From assembly GCA_025603075.1 (NCBI GenBank), contig MU626350.1, forward strand, positions 1-64,000: a stretch of 64,000 nt of DNA, read 5' to 3'. The stretch comes from Neoconidiobolus thromboides FSU 785. Lineage: Eukaryota > Fungi > Entomophthoromycota. The notes beneath the pieces are model-generated. The model did no database searches and was not told the origin of the DNA. It worked only from the letters and a program-made list of their open reading frames with translations. Positions within the stretch are counted from its first letter, which is position 1. Every line of letters starts with the position of its first letter. Positions 26,459-38,745 of this stretch are shown piece after piece. Made by a program: the position numbers and the translations under genes.

Positions 26459-26886
26459 TTATTCGATATATACATCAAACTCTCTATTTGCTTTCAATTT
26501 TTAAAGCTTGATCCAAATGGATTTATCTTTGTATCTTTTAAATGATGATTTTAAATAACTTTTAATACTTCTTTTATTTTCAATAACACAATTGGTTTTA
26601 AATTCATGAGGAGTTCACCCTTTTCCTTGTGAGCTATACCTTTGAAGTATCATTTTGTTTTTGGTACATTCGAAGTTCAAATTGATATCTACTTTCAGAA
26701 GAAATTCCAGAATTGTTTTTGAAAATAACATGTGCCTTCAGCTGTACCTCCAGAAGGGCTTTTTATACCACAATAACAAGTAGCTTTATTTTGAAATTTT
26801 AACCCACAAATACAATCGGCTTTCCATCTATCTGATATTTCTGAGTCTGTTAAAGTAATTAGATTTGTTAATCCTATCGCAAGCAA
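26459..26886 (-). pseudogene. Decayed small Cys-containing protein gene; paralog of 4698-5165
   Basis: RWKADC...TCYCGIKSPSGGTAEGTCYFQKQFWNF, then after stops and frameshifts QRYSSQGKG*...NKRSIKSYLKSSFK...REFDVYI. Confidence 0.55.
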
Positions 26887-28069
26887 AGATCATTTTATTT
26901 TTGATCGACTAAACTGATAGTAGATATAAAAAGTGTACTAAATTATAACTAACTAAAGGAGGAATAAGAATTAATTACTGTAGATTTGAGATTATTTGTT
27001 TGATGTTTTGTTTAATGAAAAAAAGCAGCATATTTATAGTCTCAAGTCAACTTATAGTATAATATATATTCATATAGTTCAATTCATATTGTTGATTATG
27101 ACTATACAGTTCAATGTAAATTGTATTAAGGTATAGATTAATTTAGTAATATGCTCTTATGGGGAATTTTTAAAAAAGAGGAGTTTTTGTATTTAATCTC
27201 ACAAGACGAAGAATAATATTGAATTCTTTATCAGGTAAGCTAAACTTTAATAGTAAAATCAATAGACATTTTACATATTGATGTTGATACAATAATATAA
27301 ATTTAATATTGGAGTGGTTTTTAAAAATTACCTAAGCTTAACCATCATTAATAATACAATAAAAGTAATAATTAGCAAAGATTTAATAAAAATTATTAAA
27401 TAAAGCGGACAAATAGCTTACTTTGAAATAATTAAAAACTCATTCATTAATGAATAACATAATTACATTCTTTAATATTCTTTTATAAAAGTTTAGTCAT
27501 TGATATCATATAATCAAGTTTATATTAAATTAATTAAATTCATCATTGAAAATAGACTTTTAGACAAATAAGTTTATCATTTAAAACATAACATTATTTA
27601 TTCTTAATCTTAATTTTATGACACTTGATTGCTGTAGGCTTTATTAGTATTGTTTGTCTCTGTTCTTGTCTTAGCAGCCAAAAATCAATATGAGTAAACA
27701 AATACTTTGATCTCATTCTTTTTGATATTTAACAATAAAACTCAAATAATGATTTTTTAAGTAAAATTAGAACAATTTATTTCATTATTAAGGTTAATTT
27801 TGTAAAGACAGTAAAAACTATGTAAATCATTAATAAAATACTGTTTCATGCCTCACAATATCCTCTTAATACTTGTTTCATTGCTCAAAAGGATGTTTTT
27901 TATTTACTTTTGATAATAACTATAATTATACAGTTGGACCAAAGAAATAATTGCAAATATACTTAATTTATTATGGGTGCCTAAAAGTCAAACCAATCAC
28001 TTGACTTATAAGGACAGTTTTTAAAAAAATGACTTCTTCATTTCTTAAACTAAAAAATTTCAAAATTGA

Positions 28070-29359
28070 ATGGACAAATACTTAACGAATAACAAAATAG
28101 CATCAATAGAGAAAGAACGAGATTGGCCATCAGAATACTTCTATTTGAAAGAACTTGAGGATCACTTGTATTGTCCAATATGTAAGGAGATTTATAATGG
28201 ACCAACTACATTGCTTTGCGGCCATACCTTTTGTTCATTATGTATTAGAGTTTCTTTTTCTAATCAACAAGTGAAAAAGTTCTGTCCTCAATGTACAACA
28301 CCATCTAACGAAAACGATCTAAGAAGGGTCGTTCAACTTGATGCTATCGCTTTAAAACTAAAAAGTTTAAAGTAAGCATTATAACATTTGGGTTATTATT
28401 TTATATTTAGAAATATTTTAGAAATAAGTTGATTAATGAGGAGAAAAAGGGTGATAGTAATTTCAAAATGGCTGAATCGAGTAGAAAGATAGGTACTAAT
28501 ATATTGATTAAGTAAACAATTTGATTGATCTTTTATCTAAGAGAGCGAACAAAATGGTAGAATTACAGAGGAATCAAATAATAAAGTAATAGCTGAGAAT
28601 GAAGCCGATATAAATAATAAATCAGGTAAGATGCTTTCAAATCTATTTTATAATAATATTTAAAAAGGTTAAAAAGTAGAGGGGGAATTTCATTCTTGCC
28701 CGATATGTAATTTGGTTTACGATACAAAAGAAGATTTAGAAATTCACATGAGCAATTGTTTTTTTGATGATAGTGATGGGATACCATTAGATAATGAAGT
28801 ACCTATCGAAGAACCAATAATAGATAGGGCTAAGTAATAAGCTATGAAATCGAGTTAAAATAAATTTATCTCCATACTTTTTTGTAATTAGATATTTGCC
28901 AAAAGTAGCGTACAACTTAATGACGGATAAACAACTAAAAGATTTACTAAAGGTAAAACGATAACTGTGTAAGATTCACTGGTATTAAGTGATTTAGAAA
29001 TATGAATTGAGTACCAAAGGCGATAGAAATACATTACAGAAAAGGCATACCCATTTTACGAATCTACATAATTCTAATTTGGATGTATTAAATCCAAAGC
29101 CTTTATCTACTTTACTTAAAGAGTTGGAAAGTTGGGAAAAAATACAAAAGAATGAGAATAGATTAGCGATTTTAAATGAAGTGGATTGTATTAAACATCA
29201 TATCCTTTTTTTGAAGTTATTTATAGTTTTTGAAGTTATTTGTATTTTTTTCCCTTAACTGATTTGTTTTTACAAAATAAGTATAAAGATCAGTTCCGAA
29301 CTCTCATTCAGAATGCTAGGAAAAAGAGAAAACAGAAATGTCATGTGATAGATGTGTAG
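28070..29359 (+). CDS. RAD18: Post-replication repair E3 ligase Rad18 (RING, UBZ, SAP)
   Basis: RING CPICKEIY...CGHTFCSLCIR...CPQC; UBZ CPICNL...HMSNC; SAP LPKVAYNLMTDKQLKDLLK. Confidence 0.88.
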
Positions 29360-30069
29360 CCATTGACAGTTTTGTATTATTTATTTTAAGGTAATAAAGT
29401 TTTTATAAAATAATATAGTATTTATTTTGTAATCTGTCTAAATAAACGAAGATGTTCCTATAGCTTTTTCTAATCTATTGATTATTATGTGATTTAGTGT
29501 ATTTTTTATGTTTATTTTATAATAAAATAGGTTTTACTTTCCTTTTCGTAAAAATACGTTTGAAAGAACTAAATCTTTGAATAGTTTATTTTTGAAAGGT
29601 AAAGTGATGTAGAGTGAAAAAAGTTGAGGATTAAATGGAAGTGCAAAGCTTAATATTAGATATTGAACTTTGGGAAGTAGCTCTGGTTAAATAAATAGAC
29701 ATTGGCTTGGATAGATTATAAATAGAATTATGTTATTAATATTATTTAAATTAACTATTATTATATTATATTTTAAAAAACAGGTTAGATTTAATAGAAA
29801 AAGTAATAAAAGGAATTCACTGTAAATTATTTAAGTATTCAGAATAACGATTAAACAAAATTTCAAGATAAATCATTATTAACTTTTAAAAATATAACTT
29901 TTTAAAAAGTTAGATTAGAAATGCTATAAAGTTTCTATTTTAATAAAATAGCTTATTAAGGAGTAATTTATAAACCCTTATAAGCTTCATCAGAAATACT
30001 CTTAGTATAGGTAAATATATATATCAATGCTTAGTAATATAACATTATTGTTTAAAGATAATACTATAT

Positions 30070-30164
30070 GGAGCTGTTTTGGTTTCATAACTTTTTCCAT
30101 TTTTTAAGCGTTATTTGAGTGAAAGAATTGTTGGTAAAATTATTGACCAAAAAAAAATATCCCG
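30070..30164 (-). mobile_element. MITE family A, copy 6
   Basis: GGAGCTGTTTT...AAAAAATATCCCG; perfect TSD ATAT/ATAT. Confidence 0.85.
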
Positions 30165-30504
30165 ATATATTAAATTTCTAACTTTATAAAGCTTTTTCGC
30201 AGTTAAATAGTTTAAATTAAAGAAATGTCTATTATGAAGGAGCAAGAAAAAAGAAAACAATTTAAGGTGTAGATTTTAGAATCTTTAATTATATTTAAAC
30301 TATATTATTCTTATAAAGTTTAAATTCTCTTAGACTTTTAGAAACTTATATTTAGAAAAATTTCAAACTTACTCTAGAATAATATTACTACTTGAGATAA
30401 AGGCACATTATATTATATATTTGTTACATAATTTTTAAATAAACACTAGCTTAACTTGTTTTACTTCATATTATCTTTGGACTAATTAATTTAAATCGCT
30501 ATAT

Positions 30505-30601
30505 GGGACTGTATTTTTTGTTTAAGAATTTTGTTAACAATCTTTCTACTCAGATAGCGCTTAAAAATGAAAAAGTAATGAAATCAAAAAAAAATATCCC
30601 C
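30505..30601 (+). mobile_element. MITE family A, copy 7
   Basis: GGGACTGTATTTTT...AAAAAATATCCCC; flanks ATAT/AAAT. Confidence 0.85.
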
Positions 30602-31857
30602 AAATCTTACATTATTATAAGCTTTATATTTTATACCTTACTTTTAGATCAGTCTATAATTGAGGTTCAATTTTTCTGTTACCTTTATTCATGAAATTTC
30701 CAAACTTTGTATAAATATTAAAATAACCACTTTTTTAGCCATTCTTGAAGCTAGCCGTGCAATTTTATAATTTTAATTTAAATCAACTCGTTTGTCTCCA
30801 AATTACATCAGCTTTAGGACTCATGGAACTCAGTTCCATTTAGCCAAATTGACTAACTCCAATGACTCAGCCTTATACACTATGATATTCACTTTTCTTG
30901 AAGTATTACCCGTCCAATGCTGGATGAATTCACTGCCTTCATAAATACTGTCTTTTATTTGACTATACTTTATCTCAGTTAGATATCTTCCTACATATGA
31001 AGTCAATTCTGAAATAAAATCACAAAAATTTTACTTTGTTTTTAAAAATAGAGTCAAGTTAAAAAACCTTATTTACAATTATGTAAAATATTTTAAACTC
31101 ATTCGTTTTTAGAACTTAAAGCTTAATGCTAAATTAGAACTCCAATTTGAATTTATTTAAAGTGAATCGGAGATAGGAAATACTAAGTGAAAATAATCAT
31201 AGTTGTATTATATGTTTAATATAACTACTTGTAATATGTGAGTGGTGCGATATTATCCTTTTGTTTTAGAACAATATACTTTGGTAGTTCTCAAAAACAA
31301 AGGTTAGCGCCATATTTAAGAAAACAGGAGTCTACCTCTAAAGTTATTCATTAGCCACTTTTTCATGATGAGCTTTTAAAGAAAGGGGATTCCGACAATT
31401 ATTTGGCTCTTTAGATAATTTAATTATTTATCCTTAAAACTTAAAAGCATCAAAAATATCTTATACTTATCTAATTTGTAGAAATTAGGGTCATTTATTA
31501 TAATAAAACACTGCATTGAACTTTAGTAAACACAATATTATAAATATAATAATAAAAATTACTTTATAAGTCTTTTCGAGATAAATCATTTTAAATTAGT
31601 TAATGAACTTTAAAGTAATTTGAACACTATACAGGACTTTTATGTCAGTTCTTGCATTAATAAATAGATCATGACGAAAAATATCTATAAGCATTAACCA
31701 TTTCACTACATTTGGTTCAAATTGATTTATCATCACCATATTATCTATTCTTTACTAACTAATATAAACTTTAAAAAGTTTATAAAGGATGAGTTTTGAA
31801 CAAATCCTTGTATCGATCTAGCTACTTAATTCAATTTTTTAATATAAATCTAATATA

Positions 31858-33159
31858 ATGAAATTTTTTTATAGCTTAATTGCCTTAATTGCCATTGGAA
31901 TTTCTCCAACTCCTGCTACATTAGTTCCTACCGTCACTGAGTATCAAACTGCTACTACAACTGTATTTCAAAGATGCCAGACCACAGTTACTTCAACTCT
32001 TACAAAGCTAACTATATCAACTTCTACTAAGGAAATAACTAAAACTGAGACTAAAACTGAAACTACTCCTGTGACAATTACTGTCCCCACTACTGTTACA
32101 AATAAAATTACATCTACTGTTACTTCAAAAGAAACTATTCACGATACAGTCACTGCAACTGAAACTAAGACTGATACAGTCAGTGTAACAAATACTGAAA
32201 CCGTTCATGATACTATCACTAAGACTCAAACTGATACTGCAACTGTCACTACAACTGTAGCTACTCCTGAAGTTACTACTATCACTGTTCCAACCACCAT
32301 AACCAACACTCAAACTGTTACAGATACTCAAACTAAGACTTTGACTGATACTGTAACCTCAACCAATATAAGTACTAAAACCGATACTGTTACTGATACT
32401 CAAACTACCACATTAGTTTCTACCACTGTCGTTCCTACTACATTAATTGAAACTAAAACTGACACAGTTTCTGTCACTACTACTGTCCCAACCACTTTAA
32501 CTGAAACTAAGACTGATACAGTTTCTGTCACTACTACTGTCCCAACCACTTTAACTGAAACTAAGACTGATACAGTTTCTGTTACTACTACTGTTCCAAC
32601 CACTTTAACTGAGACTAAGACCGATGTTTCTACCTCAACTGTTACTACCACTGTCCCAACTACTTTAACTGATATCAAGACTGAAACTTCTACTATTCAT
32701 GACACTGTTACTTCAAAAGTAACTGAGACTCAAACTCAAACCAGTACTACTTCTGTTCTTGTACCAACCACTACCACTGTAACCAATATTTCAGTATCAA
32801 CCAGTACTATCAGTGTACCAGTCACCACCACCATAACTAAGGATAATACCAAAACTCAAACTGTTACTATTCCAACTACTGTAAGTAAAACTATCACTGT
32901 AACAAGTGTCAGCTCATGTACCCCTACTCCAACTTATACTATCCCACCAGTCACTAAAACTATAACTAAAACTGATACCAAAACCCTTACTCAAACTAAG
33001 ACTGATACCAAAACTTTGACTCAAACACAAACCAAGACTCAAACTAATACCAAAACTGATACCAAAACTTTGACTACTACCATCAGTACTTGCCCTAAAC
33101 CTACCGCATCAACCAAAACTACTACTTATGCTTATCCAACCTATACCTATAAGTACTAA
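31858..33159 (+). CDS. Secreted Thr-rich mucin/adhesin-like protein
   Basis: Hydrophobic N-terminus; very Thr/Val-rich; internal tandem repeats; Tyr-rich C-terminal tail; no obvious GPI signal. Confidence 0.85.
   Translation: MKFFYSLIALIAIGISPTPATLVPTVTEYQTATTTVFQRCQTTVTSTLTKLTISTSTKEITKTETKTETTPVTITVPTTVTNKITSTVTSKETIHDTVTATETKTDTVSVTNTETVHDTITKTQTDTATVTTTVATPEVTTITVPTTITNTQTVTDTQTKTLTDTVTSTNISTKTDTVTDTQTTTLVSTTVVPTTLIETKTDTVSVTTTVPTTLTETKTDTVSVTTTVPTTLTETKTDTVSVTTTVPTTLTETKTDVSTSTVTTTVPTTLTDIKTETSTIHDTVTSKVTETQTQTSTTSVLVPTTTTVTNISVSTSTISVPVTTTITKDNTKTQTVTIPTTVSKTITVTSVSSCTPTPTYTIPPVTKTITKTDTKTLTQTKTDTKTLTQTQTKTQTNTKTDTKTLTTTISTCPKPTASTKTTTYAYPTYTYKY
32452..32613 (+). repeat. 54-bp coding tandem repeat (TKTDTVSVTTTVPTTLTE) x3, with degenerate neighbours
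   Basis: ACTAARACTGAYACAGTTTCTGTYACTACTACTGTYCCAACCACTTTAACTGAR repeated. Confidence 0.9.
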
Positions 33160-34359
33160 TTGATTACTCAATAAAAGCGTGATGTGTATAATGTATATTT
33201 TTTATGTCAAATAGTGAATTATACATAATAGTTTATCAGAAATAAATGATAATAGTTTACATTTAATATTTCAAAGTTTTATATTTTTAAGTAAAAACTA
33301 TACATATATTTGAAATTGATCGTAAAAGCTTCTTCAAATTTTGTGATAACATGGCAACCATATCCTATTAATATGGTATTCACGTAATGTTAGATTTTAT
33401 AATACATTCTAAGTTTAAACATCGACTTTTTTATGACAACTTTACTCTAAAATTAATAATTAATTTCAAATATTATTTGATACCATTTATATTAAAATGT
33501 CAAATAATAATAAAGATACTGATTGAGAATGATAAAGTAGCTAAATTCATCAGTTTACTTTAATTTATTCGCGTTGCGATATGTGTAATACTAGAACACT
33601 TAAATATAAAGAAAAAGAACTAATTAAAATTAATTTAACTTTCTCTTAGTTAATGTATGAGAAGTCAAAAAACAAAAAAACATAAGGAGCTATTTATCAT
33701 TCTAAAGCTTGAGAAGAGGTAAAAATATCATTAAAAGTTAATTTCCATGCTTATATAAATATAAAATAGTGAACATACAGCTTAATTAAATTTAAATAAT
33801 CATTACTAAATTTAGAAATTATTATTTCAATTTGAACAAATTTAACTAAAAAAGGATTTTTTAAAAACTACATTTAAGCAAAATATATTTAATTGAAAAA
33901 AAGTACTTTTGTGTGAGGACTATTAATTTTTTCTAAATATATTGTGGTGAAAAATTATTTAAGATATATATAAAGTAATGTGAAGGAACAATTGGATGAC
34001 ATATTTCAATAAAACAGTAGTTCAATTTGGTCTAATTTTCTATTAAGTTTTGTCGCCAAATCCATAAAAAGATCTTTGTAAAATCAACTAGATTCGTGTC
34101 AAGAGCTTGGAATTGATATAATAATTTAGTATTACAGGGAGGGCTTTCATAAATGACGATTTTTTTTTTATTAGTTTATAGCTTAAATAAGGATTTAAAT
34201 TTTTGTTTTATTTTATTATTAAATGTCAAAGTTTTAGGTTTAGAGCTTGGATTTTAATTCTTAAAATAATTATTATTTTAAAATTGAAATAGCTTGAATA
34301 TTTATTTTTAAAACTTACACATAGTTGAGCGATTAAAACTTTTATTAGGGTCAAAGGAC

Positions 34360-35259
34360 TTAGATTACACCACTTTCTAACTTTGTAATTAGGTCTAAAA
34401 ATAATGGATTGCTGCCCAAATTTTCAATCATGGCTCTTATTTCTTTCAGAAGCTGAAGTAGATAATCTCTAGTATATCCAAAAGAATTAGTTTCCTCCAT
34501 TAATTTCAAGGCATACTTCTTTAAGTCGATATTCTCACTACGCTGCTTCAATATGTTCTCTAACTGATGAATATTATTAGATGTCCTCAAAGAGTGGATA
34601 ATTGGAAAAGAGTATTTGCCCTCACTTAAATCCTCACAAAATCCTTTAGCAGAATGATACTCATCTGTTTTCAAATTGATGTAATCATCTCTAATTTGAT
34701 AAAGTTTTCCTAACAAATTAACTAATGGTACGTAGTCTTCCTTAGAATCCGAAACTTCCTGCATCATTTTAACTCCTAATCTTAATAAACCACCAGTTTT
34801 ATTATTCACTATATCTAAATATTCCTCCTGGGTTGGACATATGCTTCTATCCCTACAATGTAATTCCATACCTTGCCCTTTATGCAAATTAATTAATTCT
34901 AGTGAATAGATTTCAATTAGTTTTGGATTATCTAATTCACATATTTTTCGTAATGCTAAAAAGTAAATATAGTTAGCACAATTAATTGTTATTGGTACTC
35001 CATAGATACGATGGGCTACTGGGATTCCTCTTCTTAGTTCTGAATTATCTTGCACATCGTCAATAAGCAATGAAGCACTGTGTAACATTTCCAACACTTC
35101 GCCTATCGTCTTTAAATATTTATCATCAATTTTAAGCCATAGTTGAAAGGCTCCCAATAATTTTGTACAAAAAGATTTTCCCGGGTTACTGGATAAATAA
35201 TTGTAAGGTTCTAACAACAACTCATTTTCATTAACTTTACTAAAATTCATTTTTATCAT
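34360..35259 (-). CDS. BTS1: Geranylgeranyl pyrophosphate synthase
   Basis: HSASLLIDDVQDNSELRRG (FARM), GQGMEL, KTGGL, QIRDDY (SARM), DLSEGKYSFP. Confidence 0.92.
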   Translation of the reverse strand: MIKMNFSKVNENELLLEPYNYLSSNPGKSFCTKLLGAFQLWLKIDDKYLKTIGEVLEMLHSASLLIDDVQDNSELRRGIPVAHRIYGVPITINCANYIYFLALRKICELDNPKLIEIYSLELINLHKGQGMELHCRDRSICPTQEEYLDIVNNKTGGLLRLGVKMMQEVSDSKEDYVPLVNLLGKLYQIRDDYINLKTDEYHSAKGFCEDLSEGKYSFPIIHSLRTSNNIHQLENILKQRSENIDLKKYALKLMEETNSFGYTRDYLLQLLKEIRAMIENLGSNPLFLDLITKLESGVI

Positions 35260-35508
35260 ACAGATTTAAAAAAAGTAATATTTAAATTATAGCTCAAGAA
35301 TTTTATAATGCTGAATTTGATATTGTTTTTCAAACATACGTAAGCAAAGATTTTAAACTGTGATTTGTGCAATTTCAATTTAACAGATAGTCTTCAATAT
35401 TACTCACATATTAAATGAGATATAAAATTCAAACGTTTAAAAACTATAAACTGAAATCAGAAACAAACAATTAGAAACTATACTATGATTAAATAACAAT
35501 TATATCAA

Positions 35509-37663
35509 TTAAGAATCTGAAGCTTTTTTAAACCTTGAAAAGGAAGTGGAACCAGAAGAAGATTGTTGGTTAAAGCCAACTCCGAACTGTTCTCTAGGTC
35601 TTGGCTTGAAATTTTTGTTGTTATTGAAACTAATTTTCCCTTTCTAAAGAATACATTAGAACTATGGTTAATATTAAAAATGTAATTACCCTTTTAGCAA
35701 TTGCGAATAATGAGCTGGGTACATTAATGCTTTGTTTTTTGAATGAAGTAACAAATTGATGAGCCATGAATTGGTCATGATTCTCACTTTTTACAAGCAT
35801 TGTCAAAGCATATCCTTTGCTTCCAGCTCTACCAGTACGCCCAATTCTATGTATATGAGAGTCTAAGTCTTTGGCAACATCGTAGTTGACTACCACCTGC
35901 ACTATTGGCACATCTAGCCCACGTGCTGCTACATCAGTAGCAATCAGTATTTTAACGCTCCCATTTTTAAATTTGCTCAGTACTTCATCCCTTTCATTTT
36001 GCATCAAATCACCATGAATTGAAGCGCCTAACTCAATTAATATGATACTATAAATATTTAATATTATTTACATAAATAACCCATTTGAACTAAAGAGGCT
36101 TGTAATTGCTGTGTAGCCATAATTGTAGATACAAAAATAAGGACGCCATATTTATTAACTAACCAATTAGGTAAATACTTTAATAAAGTAGACCACTTTA
36201 GATGAGGCTCATCGAGTACTTCAAATTCTTGAATAATATCTGGATGAAGCTAAATGGTAATTAAAAATAAATAATTTTAGAAAATCTTATCAATAACATT
36301 ACCATTCCAACCCCACCAATCGTAACTTTAATAGGGTCATTTAATAGCCTTCTTGATAACTTTTCAATACTTTTTGGTAAAGTTGCTGAAAACATCAGTG
36401 TTTGTTTATCTGGACGAATGTTGTTCGCTATAGAAACTACTTGAGGCTCGAAGCCCAAATCCAACATACGGTCTGCTTCATCTAATACTAAAAACGAGGT
36501 CCTGTATAAACTAAATGCTTTCATTTTAATCAAATCAATCACTCTCCCTGGTGTTCCAACTAAAATATCAGCACCACTTCTTAACTCTCTAAACTGTTGT
36601 TGTTTAGAAATACCTCCACACCCAATACATACATTAAAATGATAGCTTTTACTGTATTTTTTTGCCTCATTTCCTATTTGGATTGCCAATTCATGCGTAG
36701 GTGCTAATACAATACCAATAGGCCCTTCTCTATCTTTTTTTTTACTTTGTTTCAATACGTGATTAATAAGCGGCCAAAGGTAGGCTGCTGTTTTCCCACT
36801 ACCAGTTTGAGCGATAGCTATCATGTCTCTCCCTTTTAAGCCAATGGGGACGGCTTGCATTTGTATTGGAGTCGGGCTTTCATATTGTGATCTAGCAACT
36901 CTATCAATTAACTTATCTTCAAATTGGAAGTGGCCAAACACTAAGCACGGCTTTGAGATATCTCTTCCTTCAACTTTAATATTGTATAGTTCCCTTATTT
37001 CTTTGACTTTGTCAATAGCCAAGTTAGAAATGTCAGGGTGCTCTTTATAAATATCTTTAACTATTTTTAAATATTCTATTTCTTCATGATTTATCGGTTT
37101 CAGTGGCTCGATATCTTTTTTGTTTTTAACGACTATTTCATCATTCGAGTCATATTCTACATCCCCTTGTTCATCAACAGCTCTTGCCATTGCATAAACT
37201 TCCTCATCAGAATCCATTTCTTTGTTGGTTTTTATCGCTGGAATTAGATTGATATTCTTTTTTCGGTGCTTCAAAAAGGATTCCATTACATCCTCTTGCT
37301 CTTCTCCCATTCCCAATGATCTTGGTCCTCGACTTGGTTCACTTGCTTGCTTTTTAGTTTCACTTTCTATTTCCAACATAAATGCTTCCAATGGATCTTC
37401 TTCTTCATTCTTTTCTACTTTTTTTTCTTTTTCATCATTATCTTGAGCATCCTCTGGTTTTTTATTTACAATATGGTCATCTAAGAAAAGAGTTAAAGAA
37501 ATTCTCTTATTTATTAAAACTTACTTTGAGCTAATACTTCATTGTCTGATCCTAATAATTTAATAGGCGATTTAAGCATCTTTTCATCATTATCTTCTTC
37601 CAAATTTATTTTTGTTGCGTGAGCGGTATTAAATTTAAATTTCTTTTTTTTAAAGCCTTCCAT
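35509..37663 (-). CDS. DDX42: DEAD-box RNA helicase, DDX42 (SF3b125)-like
   Basis: AQTGSGKT, DEAD, SAT and HRIGRTGRAG motifs. N-terminal DSDEEVY, EYDS and KKDIEPLKPINHEEIEY resemble DDX42. Subfamily call from recall. Confidence 0.75.
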
Positions 37664-37877
37664 GATATAATAAAACAGTTATTCAATTTAGAAGGATTAG
37701 TTCAAGTAGCTGATTCAAATCTTAAGTATAGCTTAAAAATAAATATTTCAACTCAACATACTATTTTGATTTTTAGGATTACAGACTAAAATTCACACTT
37801 TTTACACCAATAATATTTCTAGCTTATAATTTAAGCAAAGCACATGAAAAACTTGTAAGGTAACCAAAGATAACTTT

Positions 37878-37983
37878 GGGGATGTTGTTTTTGGTTTCAT
37901 CACTTTTACCACTTTTACCACTTTTTAAGCGCTATTTGAGCAAAGATTATTAGTAAAGCTCTTAAATGAAAAAACACATCCCC
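37878..37983 (-). mobile_element. MITE family A, copy 8 (internal 9-bp duplication CACTTTTAC)
   Basis: GGGGATGTTGTTTTT...AAAAAACACATCCCC; TSD degenerate; ~215 bp upstream of the DDX42 start. Confidence 0.85.
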
Positions 37984-38745
37984 ATTCGTATCATATTTGT
38001 TTTTTTTGGAATAATATGCATCTAGTTAAAAGATAAATTTTATACATAAATCAAATATAGACTATGACTGAGTTTTTAATCTTTTATTATAACTCTAAAA
38101 TTTTATGAGGTTGTTTAAGTTTGTAAATATTCTCTTTAGAAATATAAACTCTATTGATATAAAGTATTTATAACCCTAGGCAAAATATTTGCAATTATAA
38201 ATAAGGGGTTTTAGCTCTGCATATTTTGTTCATATTTTTGAACAGAGTACTAAAATAACTCTGAATAACTCTGAATAACCTAATAAACGAGCATGTCAAT
38301 TTTAAAAAAATAGATGTTAACTATAGCCGATATTCTATAAGTAACTACTAAAATACACCCTTTTCATAATATGTTTTGAAAATAGCGCTAGCAGAGATTG
38401 TCAAATATGTATTTAAATTTAAAATATTTCTTTTAAAAGTAACTCATAAAACATACAATAAATTATATAAATTTTCTTAAAGCTTATGTCAATTTAAAAT
38501 TCATTCTTTTACTTATTTAGGGGGGAAATATAATTAAACTCAATAAGAATAGCTATGGTTCATGTAGATTCTCCCCTTTTGGATTACTCCGTAGCATGTG
38601 ATTAGGCTTGTATCTAAAGGTTGTTAACCCATTGTGATACATAATAGATCCAAAAATGTAGACAGAATAACTTGTAATTAAGAAATAAGCCAGTTTCTAC
38701 AAACGTATATAAAGCGAGGACATAGTAAACACTTTACTGGCCAAA

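Noticed and set aside
30780-31020. Minus-strand open stretch (SELTSYVGRYL...LVNLAKWN*) followed by stops
   Set aside because: Likely pseudogene remnant with no recognisable motif.
32125-32678. Antisense ORFs in the Thr-rich gene, and similar short antisense or alternate-frame ORFs (2252, 15995, 20308, 28563, 36823, 37222, 39043, 39315, 46888, 47449, 50450, 51434, 57145, 62363)
   Set aside because: Shadows of real coding sequence on the other strand or frame.
17524-37663. SF3B3 and its assembly factor DDX42 in the same window as a possible splicing cluster
   Set aside because: They are 14 kb apart with unrelated genes between; consistent with chance.
38205-38361. GGGGTTTT...AAAATACACCCC pair with an internal CTGAATAACT tandem repeat
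   Set aside because: Weak terminal match, no TSD, and no second copy in the window.
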